From the NCBI GenBank assembly GCA_039630545.1, contig JBCNUU010000003.1, forward strand, positions 130,679 to 194,678: a stretch of DNA of 64,000 bases, in the 5' to 3' direction. Source of the stretch: Endomicrobiia bacterium (lineage in GTDB: Bacteria > Elusimicrobiota > Endomicrobiia > DTEH01). This document shows positions 61,434-64,000 of this stretch, piece after piece (positions within the stretch are counted from its first letter, which is position 1; each line of letters begins with the position of its first letter). The position numbers and the translations under genes were made by a program. The notes beneath the pieces are model-generated. The model had not been told where the DNA came from, ran no database searches, and was given only the letters and a program-made list of their open reading frames with translations.

Positions 61434-62732
61434 ATGAATAAAAAATGGAATTTTTGGATTAACAAAATTAAACAATTAAAAGAAACATCTTATAAATTCT
61501 CTAGTATTTCTGAAGAAGTTATAAATGAACTTCTAAAAAAAATAAAGGAAAATCTTTTTCAAAATAAATCTGCAATAATAAATGCTAATTTAAAAGACAT
61601 ACAACTTGCAAAAAAATTAAAACTTTCTTCAGCTTTGATTGATAGATTGACACTTAATGATAAAAGATTTAAAGAAATGTTAGACGGTATAGATACAGTA
61701 ATATCATTACCTTCTCCAATAAATAAAACACTGAAAGAATGGAAAAGAAATCTTTCTGGTGGAGAAATTACTATTAAGAAAGTTAGTGTTCCTTTAGGAG
61801 TTGTTTTAATGGTGTATGAATCAAGACCAAATGTAACAGTTGATGCAACTGTACTATGTATTAAATCAGGCAATTGTGTTATTCTTAGAGGAGGTTCTGA
61901 GACAATTAATACTAATAAAGAGTTAGTAAAAGTAATAAATTTGTCTGTTAAAGAAATCTGGAAAAAGTTTAATTTAGAGCTATCACCTGAAATAGTCCTT
62001 TTTATTGATGAAAAATCCTACGAATTCTTATATGAAATTTTAAAATTAGACAGATACATAGATTTAGTAATTCCTCGTGGTGGAGAAAAGATGGTTAATT
62101 CTATAAAAGAAAAATCTTTAATACCTGTAATTTCTCATGGTAGTGGAGTATGTCATACTTATGTTGATAGCTCAGCAGATATAGAAGTAGCTTTAAAAGT
62201 ATGTCTTAATGCTAAAGTTCAAAGGCCATCAGTATGTAATGCCATGGAAACACTTTTGGTTCATAAAGATATAGCAGAGGATTTCTTACCTAAAATGGCA
62301 GAGCTTTACATTAAACACAATGTAGAGCTTCGAGGTTGTCAACAAACTTTTAATTTATTAAAAAAATACAATATTAAAATAAAAAAAGCAAAAAAAGATG
62401 ATTTTGGAAAAGAATATCTAGATTATATACTTGCAATTAAAATTGTAAAAGATATAGATGAAGCAATATATCATATAAATAATTATGGTTCCCATCATTC
62501 AGATGCCATAATAACTAAAGATGAGTATGCTCAACAAAAGTTTAATAAAGAGGTGGATTCTTCTGCCATATTTATAAATTCGTCAACCAGACTTCATGAT
62601 GGAGGAGTTTTTGGTTTTGGTAGTGAGATTGGTATATCTACTTCTAAATTGCACGCTAGAGGAACGATGGGAATAAATGAGCTTACTACAACCAAGTATA
62701 TAGTTGTTGGAGAAGGAGCAATAAGAGAATAG
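61434..62732 (+). CDS. proA: Gamma-glutamyl phosphate reductase
   Basis: VPLGVV..YESRPNV, LRGGSE, IPRGG, CNAMETLL, HHSDAI, GSEIGIST.KLHARG. Confidence 0.96.
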   Translation: MNKKWNFWINKIKQLKETSYKFSSISEEVINELLKKIKENLFQNKSAIINANLKDIQLAKKLKLSSALIDRLTLNDKRFKEMLDGIDTVISLPSPINKTLKEWKRNLSGGEITIKKVSVPLGVVLMVYESRPNVTVDATVLCIKSGNCVILRGGSETINTNKELVKVINLSVKEIWKKFNLELSPEIVLFIDEKSYEFLYEILKLDRYIDLVIPRGGEKMVNSIKEKSLIPVISHGSGVCHTYVDSSADIEVALKVCLNAKVQRPSVCNAMETLLVHKDIAEDFLPKMAELYIKHNVELRGCQQTFNLLKKYNIKIKKAKKDDFGKEYLDYILAIKIVKDIDEAIYHINNYGSHHSDAIITKDEYAQQKFNKEVDSSAIFINSSTRLHDGGVFGFGSEIGISTSKLHARGTMGINELTTTKYIVVGEGAIRE

Positions 62733-62738
62733 ACTGCT

Positions 62739-63335
62739 ATGAGTTTTACTAAAAATATAATTCTTTTTGGTGGTACATTTGATCCGGTTCATATAGGACA
62801 TTTAATTTTAGCACAATCTGCCTTTGAATTTATTTGTGCGCAAAAAGTAATATTTATTCCTTGTTATAAACCGCCTCATAAAATCGGTTTTGAATTATCT
62901 AACTGGCAACATAGAGTTAATATGCTGAAGCTTTCTATTAAAGGAATCAAGCACTTTGAATTAAGTTTATTTGAAATTAGGCAAAAAAGAATATCTTATA
63001 CCTATATCACTGTAGATTTTTTTTCTCAGAAATTCCGAGATTATAATCTATACTTTTTGATAGGTTTTGATTCTTTGTTATCTTTGCCTACCTGGGAAAG
63101 ATGGCAGCAAATATTACAAAAAGTTTATTTTCTTGTAGGTGAGAGGAATGTTGATAAAGCTTCGATGGAAAAGCTACCTGACATAATTATTAAGAAAGTG
63201 GTTTTTTTTAAATCACCAATAATTGAAGTTTCATCCAGTATGATAAGAGAAAGAATAAAAAATAAACTTTCTATAAAATATTTTGTGAGTCCTTCTGTGG
63301 AGAAATACATAATTAATAAAAAATTATATCTATGA
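62739..63335 (+). CDS. nadD: Nicotinate-nucleotide adenylyltransferase
   Basis: FGGTFDPVHIGH, PPHK, SYT, IGFD, VSSSMIR. Confidence 0.95.
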   Translation: MSFTKNIILFGGTFDPVHIGHLILAQSAFEFICAQKVIFIPCYKPPHKIGFELSNWQHRVNMLKLSIKGIKHFELSLFEIRQKRISYTYITVDFFSQKFRDYNLYFLIGFDSLLSLPTWERWQQILQKVYFLVGERNVDKASMEKLPDIIIKKVVFFKSPIIEVSSSMIRERIKNKLSIKYFVSPSVEKYIINKKLYL

Positions 63336-64000
63336 AACTGAAGTTCAAACATTTGTTATTGTTTACTTTTTGTGGTTTGGTATTGTATATTGGATATCTT
63401 TCGCAGAAAAGTGTATTGATAAAAAATTTAGCTTCGCAAAAAAGGATTAATTTTCTTTTGTTAGGAACAGATTTAGTAGACAACTCCGTGCATGCTGATA
63501 CTATTATTCTTTTGAGTTATTTGCCATCTGAGAGAGTGTTAGATATAGTGTCTATTCCTAGAGATATATATATCGATGTAGAAGGTCTACAATATAAAAA
63601 ACTTACAGAAGTATATGCTTATTTATATTTTAATCTTAAAGACAAACATAAAGCTGTAAAAGAATTTATTAATCTTTTAGAACAAAAATTGTTTTCAACC
63701 GGAGAAAAAAAGCTTCAAATTTTTTATTTTTTTATACTAGACTATAATAATTTCATAAAACTTATTGATACCATAGGAAAAATAAAAATCACAGTAGACA
63801 GACCAATGCACTATGATGATCATGCGGGTAATCTTCATATTCACTTTGAACCCGGTGTCTACTATTTGAATGGGGAAGAAGCTTTAAAATATGTACGTTT
63901 TAGGGATACTACTGGTGACATAGGAAGAATTTATAGACAGCAGCAGTTTATTAAAAATTTAATAAACAGAATTTTGTCTGTGGATATCTTGTACAAACTA
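63332..64000 (+). CDS. LCP (LytR-CpsA-Psr) family protein, 3'-truncated by window edge; absent from ORF track
   Basis: ATG overlaps nadD TGA. Manual translation gives N-terminal TM, INFLLLGTD, ADTIIL, VSIPRD, ALKYVRFR, GDIGRIYRQQQF. Confidence 0.92.
   Translation, partial: MKLKFKHLLLFTFCGLVLYIGYLSQKSVLIKNLASQKRINFLLLGTDLVDNSVHADTIILLSYLPSERVLDIVSIPRDIYIDVEGLQYKKLTEVYAYLYFNLKDKHKAVKEFINLLEQKLFSTGEKKLQIFYFFILDYNNFIKLIDTIGKIKITVDRPMHYDDHAGNLHIHFEPGVYYLNGEEALKYVRFRDTTGDIGRIYRQQQFIKNLINRILSVDILYKL

Noticed and set aside
592..63352. Numerous 60-140 aa shadow ORFs in the track (e.g. 25349-25771, 24354-24743, 43335-43712)
   Set aside because: They lie antisense or out of frame within well-supported genes and have no recognisable motifs.
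1..64000. CRISPR array, rRNA, transposase, integrase or prophage genes
   Set aside because: No regularly spaced repeats and no such motifs in any ORF; intergenic gaps are all under ~330 nt.

Overview
Very AT-rich (roughly 28% GC by eye), densely coded bacterial chromosome segment using the standard genetic code. It is mostly housekeeping: clpB, pgi, rpsF-ssb-ilvC-psd-pssA, leuB, asd, truA-glmU-prs-rplY-pth, thrS-infC-rpmI, a glycogen block, hinT-rpsU-dnaG-rpoD, rplT-ktrBA-pheST, glyA, a WecA/TagO-like gene, proA-nadD-LCP, and two tRNAs (Asn-GTT, Val-GAC) without encoded CCA. Envelope genes (SurA-N protein, TPR lipoprotein, beta-barrel) indicate a diderm. The RpoD and the barrel/cargo pair are reminiscent of Elusimicrobiota (inference from recall, not a search). 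No CRISPR array, rRNA, transposase or integrase was seen. Most interesting accessory elements: (1) a 1402-aa FN3/Ig-repeat protein with a T9SS type-B-like C-terminal domain, coupled to a PorP/SprF-like barrel fused to LysM; (2) a coiled-coil/His-less DHp-like protein paired with a receiver-TM-beta-propeller protein; (3) a methyltransferase plus unknown PD-(D/E)xK nuclease between leuB and asd; (4) an ApbE/NusG-II/Gx flavinylation-type locus with a Gx-EcfT fusion, interrupted by an inverted Na+/solute symporter; (5) an SPL-like radical SAM/DUF763/HDAC/AmrS operon. All calls are from motif recognition; no database searches were run.
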